Shown piece by piece: positions 19,495 to 29,659 of a stretch of DNA of 64,000 nucleotides (its first letter is position 1; the number at the start of each line of letters is the position of its first letter). Below the pieces are notes generated by a model, which saw only the letters and a list, made by a program, of their open reading frames with translations, was not told where the DNA came from and made no database searches. Position numbers and translations under genes: made by a program. Source of the DNA: Alphaproteobacteria bacterium (GTDB lineage Bacteria; Pseudomonadota; Alphaproteobacteria; CAAHEQ01; UBA3637); assembly GCA_045532865.1 (NCBI GenBank), contig JAZSGT010000028.1:18507-82506 (forward strand), read 5' to 3'.

Positions 19495-20310
19495 TTAATA
19501 TCCTTGAAAGAATATAACTAAAAGTTGAACGAGCTTCACTCCTGTAAACACTAATGAAAATGAGAACAAGGTGTTAAATACAATAGCAAGTTTAGATGGT
19601 TTTAGAGGCTTTTCACCATATTTGTTTGGACCTTTTGTACCAGAAATAAGTGATAAAAGAAAATATCCAAAAATACTAAAAATATAAATAATGGTGAATT
19701 GTGGAAGGCTTGCAAGTGTGCTTAAGATTCCAAAAACTGTTACAAAAAGGAGGCCTCCCCAAAATCCACTTCTCCCAATATCATGAAATCTTCGAATGCT
19801 CAAAGTAAATAATGCTGCAATGAGAAGTGCTGATGCAATAATAACAGCATAAGATAAGTTGGCAGAAAAAACTGCATATGGTACAAAAACAGGGAATAAA
19901 AGGATGGCTATACTCCAAAAAGTTATAAATTCTGCACGATTTGCTCTTCCTGAAAATGAGAACATATGGATCCAGTTGTCAAAGTAAAGTTCTAAAATAT
20001 TTCGTGTTTTTTCTTTTTGAACGGATTCTTGAAAGATTGGAGTTGAAACTGTGGTTAATTTTTCAACTGGTTCGATAACTGTTGGATGTTCAACCGTTAC
20101 AGTAACTGTTTTTACAGGTGTAATTTTAGGTGTAGATTTTTTCTTTGGAGCTGTTTTTTTTGCAACAACCTCTTTTTTTTCAACAGAAGATACTTTTGTT
20201 GTTTTCGTTTGTTTAGGTTGAGATTTTGCTGAAGTTTTTGTTGTTTTTTTAGTTGTAGCACTTGTTTTTGATTTTGTTTTTGTTTGAGTTTTTACCATTT
20301 TTGTCTCCAA
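19495..20310 (-). CDS. DUF805-family inner membrane protein with a Lys/Thr-rich low-complexity N-terminal extension
   Basis: GRANRAEF motif and TM helices of DUF805; N-terminal ~100 aa rich in K/T/P. Confidence 0.7.
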   Translation of the reverse strand: METKMVKTQTKTKSKTSATTKKTTKTSAKSQPKQTKTTKVSSVEKKEVVAKKTAPKKKSTPKITPVKTVTVTVEHPTVIEPVEKLTTVSTPIFQESVQKEKTRNILELYFDNWIHMFSFSGRANRAEFITFWSIAILLFPVFVPYAVFSANLSYAVIIASALLIAALFTLSIRRFHDIGRSGFWGGLLFVTVFGILSTLASLPQFTIIYIFSIFGYFLLSLISGTKGPNKYGEKPLKPSKLAIVFNTLFSFSLVFTGVKLVQLLVIFFQGY

Positions 20311-20392
20311 TTTAAGTTAATCCACTTTCCCCAATATAAATGATTTTTTTTAAAAAAACAAGCCCTAATATAAATAGATTTTATATATAAAA

Positions 20393-20427
20393 TAAAAAAA
20401 ACAGCTTATTAATCAATAAGCTGTTTT
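20393..20427 (-). terminator. terminator downstream of leuA
   Basis: acagcttatt aatc aataagctgt flanked by A/T runs. Confidence 0.65.
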
Positions 20428-20434
20428 TGGGATG

Positions 20435-21991
20435 TTAATTTGTTCTTTCAAGAAGGTTGAGACCATTAAAAATCGCTTTAATTTTTGATTTTGTTGTTGA
20501 TCGATCAATCGCTCTTGAAATAACATTTTTGTTGTTATTAGAAACTTCAAGTGTTGTAATAGCTTCAGCTGCTTCTTTGTCTTTAGCTCCTAGCATTTGC
20601 TCTTCATATTTTAAAATTGAAATAGCAACACCAACAGACAAAAGTGCATTGATACAAGCATGAACGGGTCCATCACCATGCCCAATGACTTCAATAGATT
20701 GGTTGTCTTTTGTGTATGAAAGGGCAAAACGACCATCATTAATTCTATCAAAAGACATAAATTTGTAAGGTCCTTTAATTTCGCAAAGATGTTTACGATA
20801 AAGTGTATCTAAATCAGTTATATTGAGTTCACCTTTCTTTTCGGCCATTTTTTTTGCATGAGGCATCAGCTGGATTGTTTCTTGAATTGTGATGGGGTAT
20901 CCAGCTGTTTGGAAAAGAGACATTAAAGCACCTTTTCCTGATTGATTTGTAAAACCTAAATGTTCTCCATCATTTCGGCCAACTAATTGAGGCTCAAAAG
21001 CAATATATTGGCCTTTTTTTAACCCTTTTGTTTTGTTCGCACCATCTTGATGGATGCCGCTTCTGTGTGTTAAAACATCAGAACCAATAATTGGCGCTTT
21101 TTCAGGAATGGAAATGTTTGACATTTGTGAAACAAGGTGCGAAGAATCATAAAATTTATGCATATTTAAATTTGTATTGACATCCATGTTATGTAAAGCA
21201 ACAGCGACTTCATACATGTTTGTATTACCAGCGCGTTCACCAAGTCCGTTTAAGGTTGTTTCTAATTGTGTTGCACCTTTAAAAAAACTTTCAACAGTTG
21301 TAGCAGTTGCCATACCTAAATCGTTGTGACAGTGAACAGAAATAGTGGCTTTATCTCCGATGCGATTATAAACGGCTTTAACCATGTCTGTAAAAATAGA
21401 TGGTGTGTAGCGTTCAACAGTATTGGGTAAATTAATTACAGTAGCTCCAGCATTAACAATTTTTTCGATAGCATTTACAACTTCTGGTAAATTTTCTCGA
21501 CAGTCTCCAAAATGTTCCACTGAAAATTCGATTTCACAGTGTGGTAAAAGTTTTTTTGCATTTTTTACTGCCTCAATGGCTGTTTGTGTAACTGTATGAA
21601 TGTCTTTTTTCAAGACGTGTTTAAGTCCTTGTGGATTCATTGCTATAAATGTATGAATTCTTGGTTTTTTGGCGTATTGTACAGCTTGAGCAGCTTTTTT
21701 GATGTCGGATTCAACAGCTCTGGCAAGAACGCTTACAACAACATCTTTTGGTGCTTTTTGTGCGAGTTTTTTACAAGATTCAAAATCCATTTCGCTTGAT
21801 GCTGGAAATCCAATTTCGATTCCTTGAACGCCTAATTCAATTAATTGATTAAAAATGATTTCTTTTTCTTCTTGGTTCCATGGTTTTCTTAAAGCTTGGT
21901 TTCCATCTCTAAGGGTTACATCATAAAAAAATGGTTTTCGTTGATTGTTTTGTTCAGATGTAAAGACGGTGTTTTTTGTTTTGTTTGTCAT
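20435..21991 (-). CDS. leuA: 2-isopropylmalate synthase (long form, with C-terminal regulatory domain)
   Basis: FFYDVTLRDGNQA HMGL-like TIM-barrel start and HxH metal site; length about 518 aa; start trimmed to the ATG at 21991 with a GGAG RBS. Confidence 0.75.
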   Translation of the reverse strand: MTNKTKNTVFTSEQNNQRKPFFYDVTLRDGNQALRKPWNQEEKEIIFNQLIELGVQGIEIGFPASSEMDFESCKKLAQKAPKDVVVSVLARAVESDIKKAAQAVQYAKKPRIHTFIAMNPQGLKHVLKKDIHTVTQTAIEAVKNAKKLLPHCEIEFSVEHFGDCRENLPEVVNAIEKIVNAGATVINLPNTVERYTPSIFTDMVKAVYNRIGDKATISVHCHNDLGMATATTVESFFKGATQLETTLNGLGERAGNTNMYEVAVALHNMDVNTNLNMHKFYDSSHLVSQMSNISIPEKAPIIGSDVLTHRSGIHQDGANKTKGLKKGQYIAFEPQLVGRNDGEHLGFTNQSGKGALMSLFQTAGYPITIQETIQLMPHAKKMAEKKGELNITDLDTLYRKHLCEIKGPYKFMSFDRINDGRFALSYTKDNQSIEVIGHGDGPVHACINALLSVGVAISILKYEEQMLGAKDKEAAEAITTLEVSNNNKNVISRAIDRSTTKSKIKAIFNGLNLLERTN

Positions 21992-22164
21992 AAATACTCC
22001 ATTATAAATATAAAAAAACACCCTCCTAAAAGGGTGTTTATCTGCATTAATTATATAAAAAACTAACCCTTTAGGAGATGAATATCATATCCCAACAATA
22101 AGTTTGATAAAAGGTTTAGTGTTAATTTTTTCATGAAATGATAAGTAACATAATTTAAAAATAA

Positions 22165-22200
22165 AGTCAATAAAAAAATAAACCACGTATAAAGTGGTTT
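22165..22200 (-). terminator. terminator downstream of parC
   Basis: aaccac gtataaa gtggtt hairpin followed by a T-run on the minus strand. Confidence 0.6.
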
Positions 22201-22207
22201 ATTTTTG

Positions 22208-24436
22208 TTAATTTCCAAATTTATTGCTTCGAGGGAAACCGACGGGTGGAATTTTTCCAACAGTTGCACGTTTTGTAAGCCAAAGGGATATATTTCTTTC
22301 TACACGAATGCCGTTTCCAGATGGGAAAGAAAGCCCTTCTTCAAGATTGAAGAATTTGGCATCACTTAAACGTGCTTCTTGATAACGTTGTAAAATAACG
22401 CCACTACCTCTTTGCATCATTGGAATTTCTTCTGTTGCAAAGACAATCATCTTTCTATTTGTGCCAATAACAGCCAAGTGTGAGCCATTAACTTGTTTGC
22501 ATAAGCAGGCTTTATCATCATCTGGTAAATTTAAGATAATTTTACCAGCTCTTGTTTGTGCAATGACATCATTTGAATTGACAATAAATCCTTTTCCTTT
22601 TGAAGATGCAACCAAAAGTTTGGTATCAGGCTGATGTACTAGCATGGTGATAACATCAGCATCCTCTGTAATATCAACTTGTAGTCTTAGTGGTTCCCCA
22701 AAACCACGTCCTCCTGCAATAGCATTTCCTCTTAATGTATAGAATCGACCATTTGTTGTGAAGAAAATAATATTGTCAGTTGTATAGGTTTGGAGTGTGC
22801 ATTTAAGAGAATCGCCTTCTTTAAACTTTAAATCGTCAACAGGAGTGTGGCCTTTGAGGGCACGAATCCAACCTTTTTTAGATAAAACAACAGTAATAGG
22901 TTCTTTTTCAATCATAGCTTCAATTGAAATTTCAACAGCAAGAGGAGCTTCTTGAACAATAGTTCTTCTAGCGCCAAGAGCTGTTTTTTGACCGAATTTT
23001 GTTTTGATTTCTTTAATTTCTAAAGCAAGTCTTTCATCTCTTAATTCTTTAGATTGAATAAGAGCTTCTAATTCTGCTTTTTCTTTTAATAATGAGGCAT
23101 GTTCATCTCTAATTTGATTTTCTTCTAATTTGCGAAGAGAACGTAAACGCATGTTCAAAATAGCTTCGGCTTGAACATCAGTCAAATTAAATTCAGCCAT
23201 CATAACGGCTTTTGGTTCATCTTCGTTTCGAATAATTTCAATAACTCTATCAAGATTAAGAAATGCGATTAAGAAACCTTCTAAAATCTCCATTCTATGG
23301 ATAATTTTATCAAGACGATATTGAGATCGACGAATCAAAACTTGGTCACGATGTTTTAAAAATGCTTGAAGTACTTCTTTGATGTTCATCACTTTTGGTG
23401 TGTGATCAGCATCTAACACATTCATATTCAAGTTGAAGTTAACTTGTAAATCTGTGTTTTTAAAAAGATGTTCCATTAATTGTTCAGGAGCAACCGTTCT
23501 TGATTTTGGTTCAAGCACAATGCGAACGACATCAGATGATTCATCTCGAATATCAGCCAATAATGGTAGCTTCTTTTCTGATAATAATTTAGCCACACGC
23601 ATGATTAAATCAGATTTTTGAACCATATAAGGAATTTCTGTTACAACAATTTGGTACTGTCCGTGAGAAAGTTCTTCTTTTTCCCATTTGGCACGCACCT
23701 TCATAGCACCACGTCCCTCTTTATATGCTTTAACAATATTTTCACGAGGTTCAGCTAAAATACCACCGGTTGGAAAATCGGGACCTTGAATAAAATCCAT
23801 TACTTTTTCAATATCAGTATCTGGATGTTTAATCAAATAAAGAAGCGCATCTGAAATTTCACCCACATTATGAGGAGGAATGTTTGTAGCCATACCCACA
23901 GCAATACCCGATGAGCCATTAGCGAGTAGGTTTGGAAATGCAGCAGGCATAACGGTTGGTTCTTCTTCCTCGCCATCATATGTTTTGTCAAAATCAACGG
24001 CGTTATCATCTAGTCCATCCATCAAGGCAACGGCAACAGCTGTTAATCTTGCCTCAGTATAACGCATGGCAGCTGCTTTATCCCCATCAATGTTGCCAAA
24101 GTTTCCTTGACCATCAACGAGTGGGTATCGCACGGCAAAATCTTGAGCCAAACGAACCATGGCATCGTAAACAGAAGAATCTCCATGGGGGTGATATTTA
24201 CCAATAACATCACCAACCACACGAGCACATTTTTTAAAGCCAGAAACAGGGTCTAATTTTAATTGGCGCATTGCAAACAAAAGGCGTCGATGAACCGGTT
24301 TTAATCCGTCACGCACGTCAGGTAAAGACCTTGCAACAATGGTTGATAATGCATAAGCTAAATATCTCTCAGATAATGCATCTGCAAGTTTTGCCTCTTT
24401 AATATTTTCGGTTATTTCTATTGTGTTATCAGTCAT
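22208..24436 (-). CDS. parC: DNA topoisomerase IV subunit A
   Basis: GyrA/ParC N-terminal domain with catalytic Tyr region (AAMRYTE); about 742 aa without a GyrA-box-rich long C-terminus; start trimmed to MTDNTIEI. Confidence 0.8.
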   Translation of the reverse strand: MTDNTIEITENIKEAKLADALSERYLAYALSTIVARSLPDVRDGLKPVHRRLLFAMRQLKLDPVSGFKKCARVVGDVIGKYHPHGDSSVYDAMVRLAQDFAVRYPLVDGQGNFGNIDGDKAAAMRYTEARLTAVAVALMDGLDDNAVDFDKTYDGEEEEPTVMPAAFPNLLANGSSGIAVGMATNIPPHNVGEISDALLYLIKHPDTDIEKVMDFIQGPDFPTGGILAEPRENIVKAYKEGRGAMKVRAKWEKEELSHGQYQIVVTEIPYMVQKSDLIMRVAKLLSEKKLPLLADIRDESSDVVRIVLEPKSRTVAPEQLMEHLFKNTDLQVNFNLNMNVLDADHTPKVMNIKEVLQAFLKHRDQVLIRRSQYRLDKIIHRMEILEGFLIAFLNLDRVIEIIRNEDEPKAVMMAEFNLTDVQAEAILNMRLRSLRKLEENQIRDEHASLLKEKAELEALIQSKELRDERLALEIKEIKTKFGQKTALGARRTIVQEAPLAVEISIEAMIEKEPITVVLSKKGWIRALKGHTPVDDLKFKEGDSLKCTLQTYTTDNIIFFTTNGRFYTLRGNAIAGGRGFGEPLRLQVDITEDADVITMLVHQPDTKLLVASSKGKGFIVNSNDVIAQTRAGKIILNLPDDDKACLCKQVNGSHLAVIGTNRKMIVFATEEIPMMQRGSGVILQRYQEARLSDAKFFNLEEGLSFPSGNGIRVERNISLWLTKRATVGKIPPVGFPRSNKFGN

Positions 24437-24552
24437 AATACTTGGGATTATAAAGAGAAAAAAGAAAAAACGCAAGCTTTTTTTATATCTTGTCTTTTAA
24501 ATAAAAGTTTGGTAAAGTATACTCATTTCTTAAAAATAAATGAAAAGGAAAA

Positions 24553-25113
24553 ATGATGCGATTTTTAGCAATAATGACAAGTGTTTTGTTTTTCTCTGGA
24601 TTAGCACATGCAAGTTCAGAAATGACACCTGAAGGTTTTTTTGGAGAGTGGCGTGTTTATACGGCCAAAGAGGGGAATGGAACGGTTTGTTTTATGGTTA
24701 CAGCGCCACAGCATACAACAGTTGAAAGAGAGGGGAATTTTTTAAGTATTACGCATCGCCCTCATGAGAATAGCTATGATGTTGTTTCGGTGATGTTTGG
24801 GGTTCCTTATCATAAAAAATCACGTCCAACGATTGAAATAGATAATCATCGACCACTTGAAATGGTAACAAGTGATGATGCAGCGTTTATTAAAAATGAA
24901 AAAGATGAAAAAAACTTTGTTCAAGAAATGATTAAAGGGAATGTTGCACGGACGAAGGGAAAATCTCAAAAGGGTACATTATTGCGTGAAACATATTCTT
25001 TAAAAGGTTTTGCAAAAGCATATGAATTGTTAAATGAAAAATGTCGTCCTGAGATGGTTGAAAAAGAAGAAACTTTAGCTCCTTCTGAGGATAATAAAGA
25101 GGAAGTTAAATGA
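24553..25113 (+). CDS. invasion-associated locus B (IalB)-like secreted protein
   Basis: Signal peptide; about 165-aa mature protein with FGEWRVYT...GTVCFM pattern typical of the alphaproteobacterial IalB family. Confidence 0.45.
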   Translation: MMRFLAIMTSVLFFSGLAHASSEMTPEGFFGEWRVYTAKEGNGTVCFMVTAPQHTTVEREGNFLSITHRPHENSYDVVSVMFGVPYHKKSRPTIEIDNHRPLEMVTSDDAAFIKNEKDEKNFVQEMIKGNVARTKGKSQKGTLLRETYSLKGFAKAYELLNEKCRPEMVEKEETLAPSEDNKEEVK

Positions 25114-26165
25114 AAAAAGAGTTAATTGGATTATCATTTGAAGAGTTGCAAAGTGAATTGGTTGCTTTGGGTGAAAAGCCTTTTCGGGCAAAACAGCTTT
25201 GGCACTGGTTGTATAATAAAGGTGAAACAGATTTTTATAAAATGACAACGCTTGCCAAAACATTTCAGGCAAGATTGGATGAGTTGTACACAGCCAAGCA
25301 TCCTAAAATTGTTACGGAGCAAACATCAAAGGATGGTACGCGTAAATGGTTGATGGAATTTCAAGATGAAAAACAAGTTGAGTGTGTTTATATTCCAGAA
25401 GCTGATAGAGGCGCTGTTTGTCTTTCCACTCAAGTTGGTTGCGCACAAGGGTGTAAGTTTTGTCGTACTGGTACGCAACGGATGATGCGCAACTTAACAG
25501 CAGGTGAAATTGTTGGGCAGTTTATGTCTGCACGAGATAGTTATGGGGAATGGCCTACGCCAACAGATGAAACAAGAATGCTTTCAAATATTGTTGTGAT
25601 GGGGATGGGTGAACCACTTTGTAATTTTGAAAATTTAAAGACTGCATTGAAAATTTTGATGAATGGTGATGGGATTGGTATTTCAAAACGCAGAATTACA
25701 GTTTCAACTTCTGGTGTTGCAAACCACATTCCAGAACTTGCTGATTTGGGTGTTAAGCTTGCAGTGAGTTTGCATGCGCCAACAAATGAGCTTAGAAATC
25801 AAATTATGCCGGTGAATAAAAAGTTTCCATTAGAAGTTTTGATTGAAGCATGTAAGGAATATCAAAGACGGAGTGAACGTAGGCAGTTTATTACAATGGA
25901 ATATGTTCTTTTAAAAGATGTGAATGACTCCATAGAGCATGCAGAAAAACTGATGAAATTAGTTGATGGGTTAGAAGTTAAATTTAATCTTATTCCGTTC
26001 CACTATTGGGAGGGAGCACCATTTGAACCATCAAGCATGAATCAAATGCATCGTTTTGCAAAAGTTTTGGAAAGTAATTGGTTTGCTTCTCCAATTAGAC
26101 GTTCTAGAGGGGAAGATATTATGGCTGCTTGTGGGCAGTTAAAATCGGCAAAAGGTAAAAAATAG
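25110..26165 (+). CDS. rlmN: 23S rRNA (adenine2503-C2)/tRNA methyltransferase, radical SAM
   Basis: CAQGCKFCRTG radical-SAM cysteine motif; RlmN-typical length and C-terminus. Confidence 0.9.
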   Translation: MKKELIGLSFEELQSELVALGEKPFRAKQLWHWLYNKGETDFYKMTTLAKTFQARLDELYTAKHPKIVTEQTSKDGTRKWLMEFQDEKQVECVYIPEADRGAVCLSTQVGCAQGCKFCRTGTQRMMRNLTAGEIVGQFMSARDSYGEWPTPTDETRMLSNIVVMGMGEPLCNFENLKTALKILMNGDGIGISKRRITVSTSGVANHIPELADLGVKLAVSLHAPTNELRNQIMPVNKKFPLEVLIEACKEYQRRSERRQFITMEYVLLKDVNDSIEHAEKLMKLVDGLEVKFNLIPFHYWEGAPFEPSSMNQMHRFAKVLESNWFASPIRRSRGEDIMAACGQLKSAKGKK

Positions 26166-26178
26166 GAAAGGGGAAAAT

Positions 26179-26682
26179 ATGGAGCTGATAGAAGCAATCA
26201 AAACACGTAGGTCTATTCGTCAATATGAAGAAGGATTTGTTGTTCCGTTTGAGGATTTGAAACAAATAATTGAAGCAGGAATGTATGCGCCTTCAGCAAT
26301 GAGAAAAATGCCTTGGGAGTTTTTGATTATTACGGATCAGGTTTTGTTAAGTGCGATTGAAAAAACGCATAATTATGCGTCTTTTGCAACTTCTGCAGGA
26401 GCAATGATAGCTGTTTGTTTGGATAAAGATAAAGAACATGCAGGAATGGGTGTGATTGATGTGTCTTTGGCTTCTCAAAATATTATGTTGATGGCGCATG
26501 AAATGGGATATGGGACTTGTTATTGCGGTGTATATCCAGAACGACATGAGGAGTTTAATAAAATTTTGCAAGTGCCACCACATATTGATGTGATAGGATT
26601 GATTTCTATTGGAAAACCGATTGAAACAAAAGGATGTCCACCTCGTTATGATGAAAATAAAGTTCATATTAATAAGTGGTAG
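26179..26682 (+). CDS. nitroreductase-family protein
   Basis: IKTRRSIRQY N-terminus and nitroreductase fold motifs. Confidence 0.75.
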   Translation: MELIEAIKTRRSIRQYEEGFVVPFEDLKQIIEAGMYAPSAMRKMPWEFLIITDQVLLSAIEKTHNYASFATSAGAMIAVCLDKDKEHAGMGVIDVSLASQNIMLMAHEMGYGTCYCGVYPERHEEFNKILQVPPHIDVIGLISIGKPIETKGCPPRYDENKVHINKW

Positions 26683-26705
26683 TTATTTGTAAATAAAAAT
26701 AAAAA

Positions 26706-26754
26706 AAATACTCTAATTTGTTTTTTTGTGGGGTAAATTTTAGAGTATTTTTTA
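26706..26754 (+). terminator. terminator-like long hairpin after the nitroreductase gene
   Basis: atactctaa ... ttagagtat (9-bp stem, 23-nt loop) followed by T5. Confidence 0.45.
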
Positions 26755-26786
26755 CGATTTGTATTAAAGGAAAAATAAAAAATATA

Positions 26787-26815
26787 TTGACGTTTTTTTG
26801 AAAATTTGATATCCT
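26787..26815 (+). promoter_or_regulatory. sigma70-like promoter of the Cys-rich pilin-like operon
   Basis: ttgacg (26787-92), 17-nt spacer, tatcct (26810-15); about 50-nt leader to the ATG at 26873. Confidence 0.55.
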
Positions 26816-26872
26816 AAACTTAGGGGGTATTTGCGCCTAGTGTTTGTTGTATCTGAAAAGAAGGGGACGCTG

Positions 26873-29647
26873 ATGCAAGTAAAACGATACAAAAATGGCC
26901 AATCTGGAAGAAGTATGTTGGAAATGCTTAGCGTTTTGGCAATTCTTGGAATTTTGTCAATATCAGGTATTGTGGGGTATCAATATGCGATGCGTCTTTA
27001 TCGTATTGCTGAAACATATGATGAGGTGAGTGTTACTATTTCAGGGGGTAGAACGTGGCCTGTTTTGGAGCATTATGGTCCTTTAACAAAAGTTGCGAAT
27101 GAAACAGGTGCTCCTTATCCACATGCAGATACATTAGCTTATAACGTTCCAATTCGAGAAGTTGTTTCAAAAGTAAATTATCGAAATGCACTAACAGCTG
27201 CAGAAGCATTGGGTGAAAGTGCGACTGATTATTATGAAAGACGTGAATATGAAGCGTTTTCATCCAAAATATTTGCACCTGTATGGGTGCGGGCAGAAAC
27301 ACCTGAAGCATGGTCTGTTCGTGTAACTGGGCTTTCATATGATATGTGTGCTTCTCTTGTTACAAAAAGGGAGTTGGGCTATCAATATGTTTATGTTGCT
27401 TTAAATGATGATAGTGGAAATCCGGTTGATCCAAATTATTGGGATTTTCCACTTGTAACAAGTTATTCAAATAGCGATATAAAAGATCATGATAAGGTAA
27501 AGGCTCTTTGTGAAGCAATTGATCCAGGGCATAGATCTGTTCCTCCTGCCTATACCTTTCAAAAAAATATTTCTCTTTTGAATAAAGATGGTTCCAATAT
27601 TACTTCAGTTGGGGAATGCAAAATTGAAAATGGTGTTCCTTCTGTTCGTTGTATGGCATTTAGTGCCCGTGTGGATAATGCGCCATTACAAACATTGGTT
27701 TTTTACTGGGGAGCAAAAGCTGAAGATGAGCCTATTCCTTTTGAAACGTGTAGAGCTGGTACAATGTATGATGGGGATGGTAATCCAAGTCAATATTGTT
27801 GTGAAACAGAAGCTAGGGGTCTTTGGATTGATGGTCCAGATATTTGTTGTGCTTTAGGTGAGAGTTTGCCATCACCTGAAACTGTTCAAATTGCTGGCAA
27901 ATATTATAGATTAGATCGTGATTTGACTGGTAAAAACACGGATGGGAACGATGAACCACTTTGTGATGATACCCCTCCCACGGATAACTGTTGTATTGGT
28001 GGAACACCATGGTATGTGGGAGATGATCCAGCAAACATTAGGGGAGCTTGTAAAGGAAACTGTCCTTCAGGTCCTGTATCAGCAACTGTTCCTAACAGAG
28101 TAGAACACAGTTGGTGTTGTGAGACTCAGGCTGGTGGAATATGGAAATTAAGACCAGGAAGCCCAAGTAATGCGAGACTTCCACTTTCTTCATCTCCAAA
28201 GTCCCCTTTAAACGGAAGCGGAGGTGCCTTGTGTTGTTGGGGAGGCAGTGGCAGTGTTTTAGCATATGACAGTTCAAATCCAATGTCTTGTTTTGCACCT
28301 AATGTATGGAGTAAAAAACCACCAACATTGGTTACAGGGGTTGTTAATCATCCGTTGAAGAATACGGGTATGTCTTGTACAAAAAAAGGACCTAATGGTG
28401 GCACATCTTCAGATTCAGATGATGATGACGATGATGATTCAACAAAAACCTGTCCAACTGGTTATACATACAGTGATGCAGCTGATTCTACTGGAACAAT
28501 CCCTGCACCAGGTTGTATACAGCAGCAAACTGCTATGGGTTACTATTGGTGTTGTCCAGATGATTCAACAAATTCAAACTCGAGATCTGTTGATAATTCT
28601 TTAGGAGATGGATCTTCAAAGTCTCGTTCATATTCTAACAATTCAGATTTCAATGATCCAGATTCCGGAGGTTCTGATTTTAATGATGACGATTCTTGTA
28701 TTGTTCAGCCTCCTTTGCCACCCTTAGATATATATGGAAATGAAAATACTGATTGTTGTCCAACAGAAAAGAAAAACGGAACTTATCAAATAAATCCATA
28801 TGTTGGTGCAAAAAAAGTTTCACCAGCTTGTTGTGATGCAATACCAAATATGACAACAGTTTATGGCAAAGGTGGTGATCGGTTCTGTAATTCAGAATGT
28901 TGTAATAGTGGAGAAATTAAAGAAGGATTTGCAAATTTTCAAAATGATCCAACAGCATCTAGGTATCGCTCTGGTATCTTTGTAAACGCCAAAGGGGCTT
29001 CAGTTCCATCAATGTGTTGTCAGTTGTTGGATGCAAATGGCTCTTCATCAAAATTCCAACATCCAGAATGTTGTGAAACTGATTTAGCTCACGATGTTGG
29101 AGATGAAGCTGGTCGTTGGGTTGGTATAGGTGAGATTACATTAAATATCACAGTTTATGATACAGAGACAGGAACATGCACTTATCAAATGATTTCAAGT
29201 GCTAAAAATGCTTGTTGTAAGAAAAATGAAAATGGGTATGATATTGAGTGTAATGAAAATGTTTTCTGTTGTGGAACCGATCAAGAAGAAAATAAAAAAT
29301 CAGAAGTTTGCTGTCCGTTAGTTACAGGACATTATTGGAATGCAGAAAAAGGAGAATGTACGCCTTGTAGTGTTCCTGTTGATGGATGTGGGCCTTATTG
29401 TGAAGAAGTTGGTGAACACTGCTGTATTAAAGATATAAATGGCTGTTCTGAACCATATGCATGGGCTCCAAGGGGTGTAACCTCTTCTTCTAGTGGTGTT
29501 TATATCGAACAATCCTGTTGCCATGAGTGTATAAATGATACAGGTAAAAAGTTCATTGGCTTTACAAAAGCAGCATATGATAAAAAAGATAGAATTATTG
29601 GTGATTGTTATAATGGCTTTACGCTGAGATCGTCAACTAAACATTAG
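26873..29647 (+). CDS. giant cysteine-rich type IV pilin-like (prepilin N-terminal cleavage/methylation domain) protein
   Basis: RBS aagaagggga followed by ATG. N-terminus is MQVKRYKNGQSG|RSMLEMLSVLAILGILSISGIVGY, with Glu at +5 after Gly. The next ~230 aa are Cys-poor. The following ~650 aa hold about 51 Cys, including about 18 CC doublets (CCETEARGLW, CCETQAGGIW, CCPDD, CCPTE, CCPLVTGHYW). There is a poly-Asp run SSDSDDDDDDDS and an SDFNDxDS tandem repeat. Confidence 0.7.
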   Translation: MQVKRYKNGQSGRSMLEMLSVLAILGILSISGIVGYQYAMRLYRIAETYDEVSVTISGGRTWPVLEHYGPLTKVANETGAPYPHADTLAYNVPIREVVSKVNYRNALTAAEALGESATDYYERREYEAFSSKIFAPVWVRAETPEAWSVRVTGLSYDMCASLVTKRELGYQYVYVALNDDSGNPVDPNYWDFPLVTSYSNSDIKDHDKVKALCEAIDPGHRSVPPAYTFQKNISLLNKDGSNITSVGECKIENGVPSVRCMAFSARVDNAPLQTLVFYWGAKAEDEPIPFETCRAGTMYDGDGNPSQYCCETEARGLWIDGPDICCALGESLPSPETVQIAGKYYRLDRDLTGKNTDGNDEPLCDDTPPTDNCCIGGTPWYVGDDPANIRGACKGNCPSGPVSATVPNRVEHSWCCETQAGGIWKLRPGSPSNARLPLSSSPKSPLNGSGGALCCWGGSGSVLAYDSSNPMSCFAPNVWSKKPPTLVTGVVNHPLKNTGMSCTKKGPNGGTSSDSDDDDDDDSTKTCPTGYTYSDAADSTGTIPAPGCIQQQTAMGYYWCCPDDSTNSNSRSVDNSLGDGSSKSRSYSNNSDFNDPDSGGSDFNDDDSCIVQPPLPPLDIYGNENTDCCPTEKKNGTYQINPYVGAKKVSPACCDAIPNMTTVYGKGGDRFCNSECCNSGEIKEGFANFQNDPTASRYRSGIFVNAKGASVPSMCCQLLDANGSSSKFQHPECCETDLAHDVGDEAGRWVGIGEITLNITVYDTETGTCTYQMISSAKNACCKKNENGYDIECNENVFCCGTDQEENKKSEVCCPLVTGHYWNAEKGECTPCSVPVDGCGPYCEEVGEHCCIKDINGCSEPYAWAPRGVTSSSSGVYIEQSCCHECINDTGKKFIGFTKAAYDKKDRIIGDCYNGFTLRSSTKH

Positions 29648-29659
29648 GGAGATAGAAAA

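Noticed and set aside
26831-26872. TTG start at 26831 for the pilin-like gene (ORF-track start)
   Set aside because: It lies at or before the predicted transcription start. The ATG at 26873 has a good RBS and gives a sensible prepilin leader.
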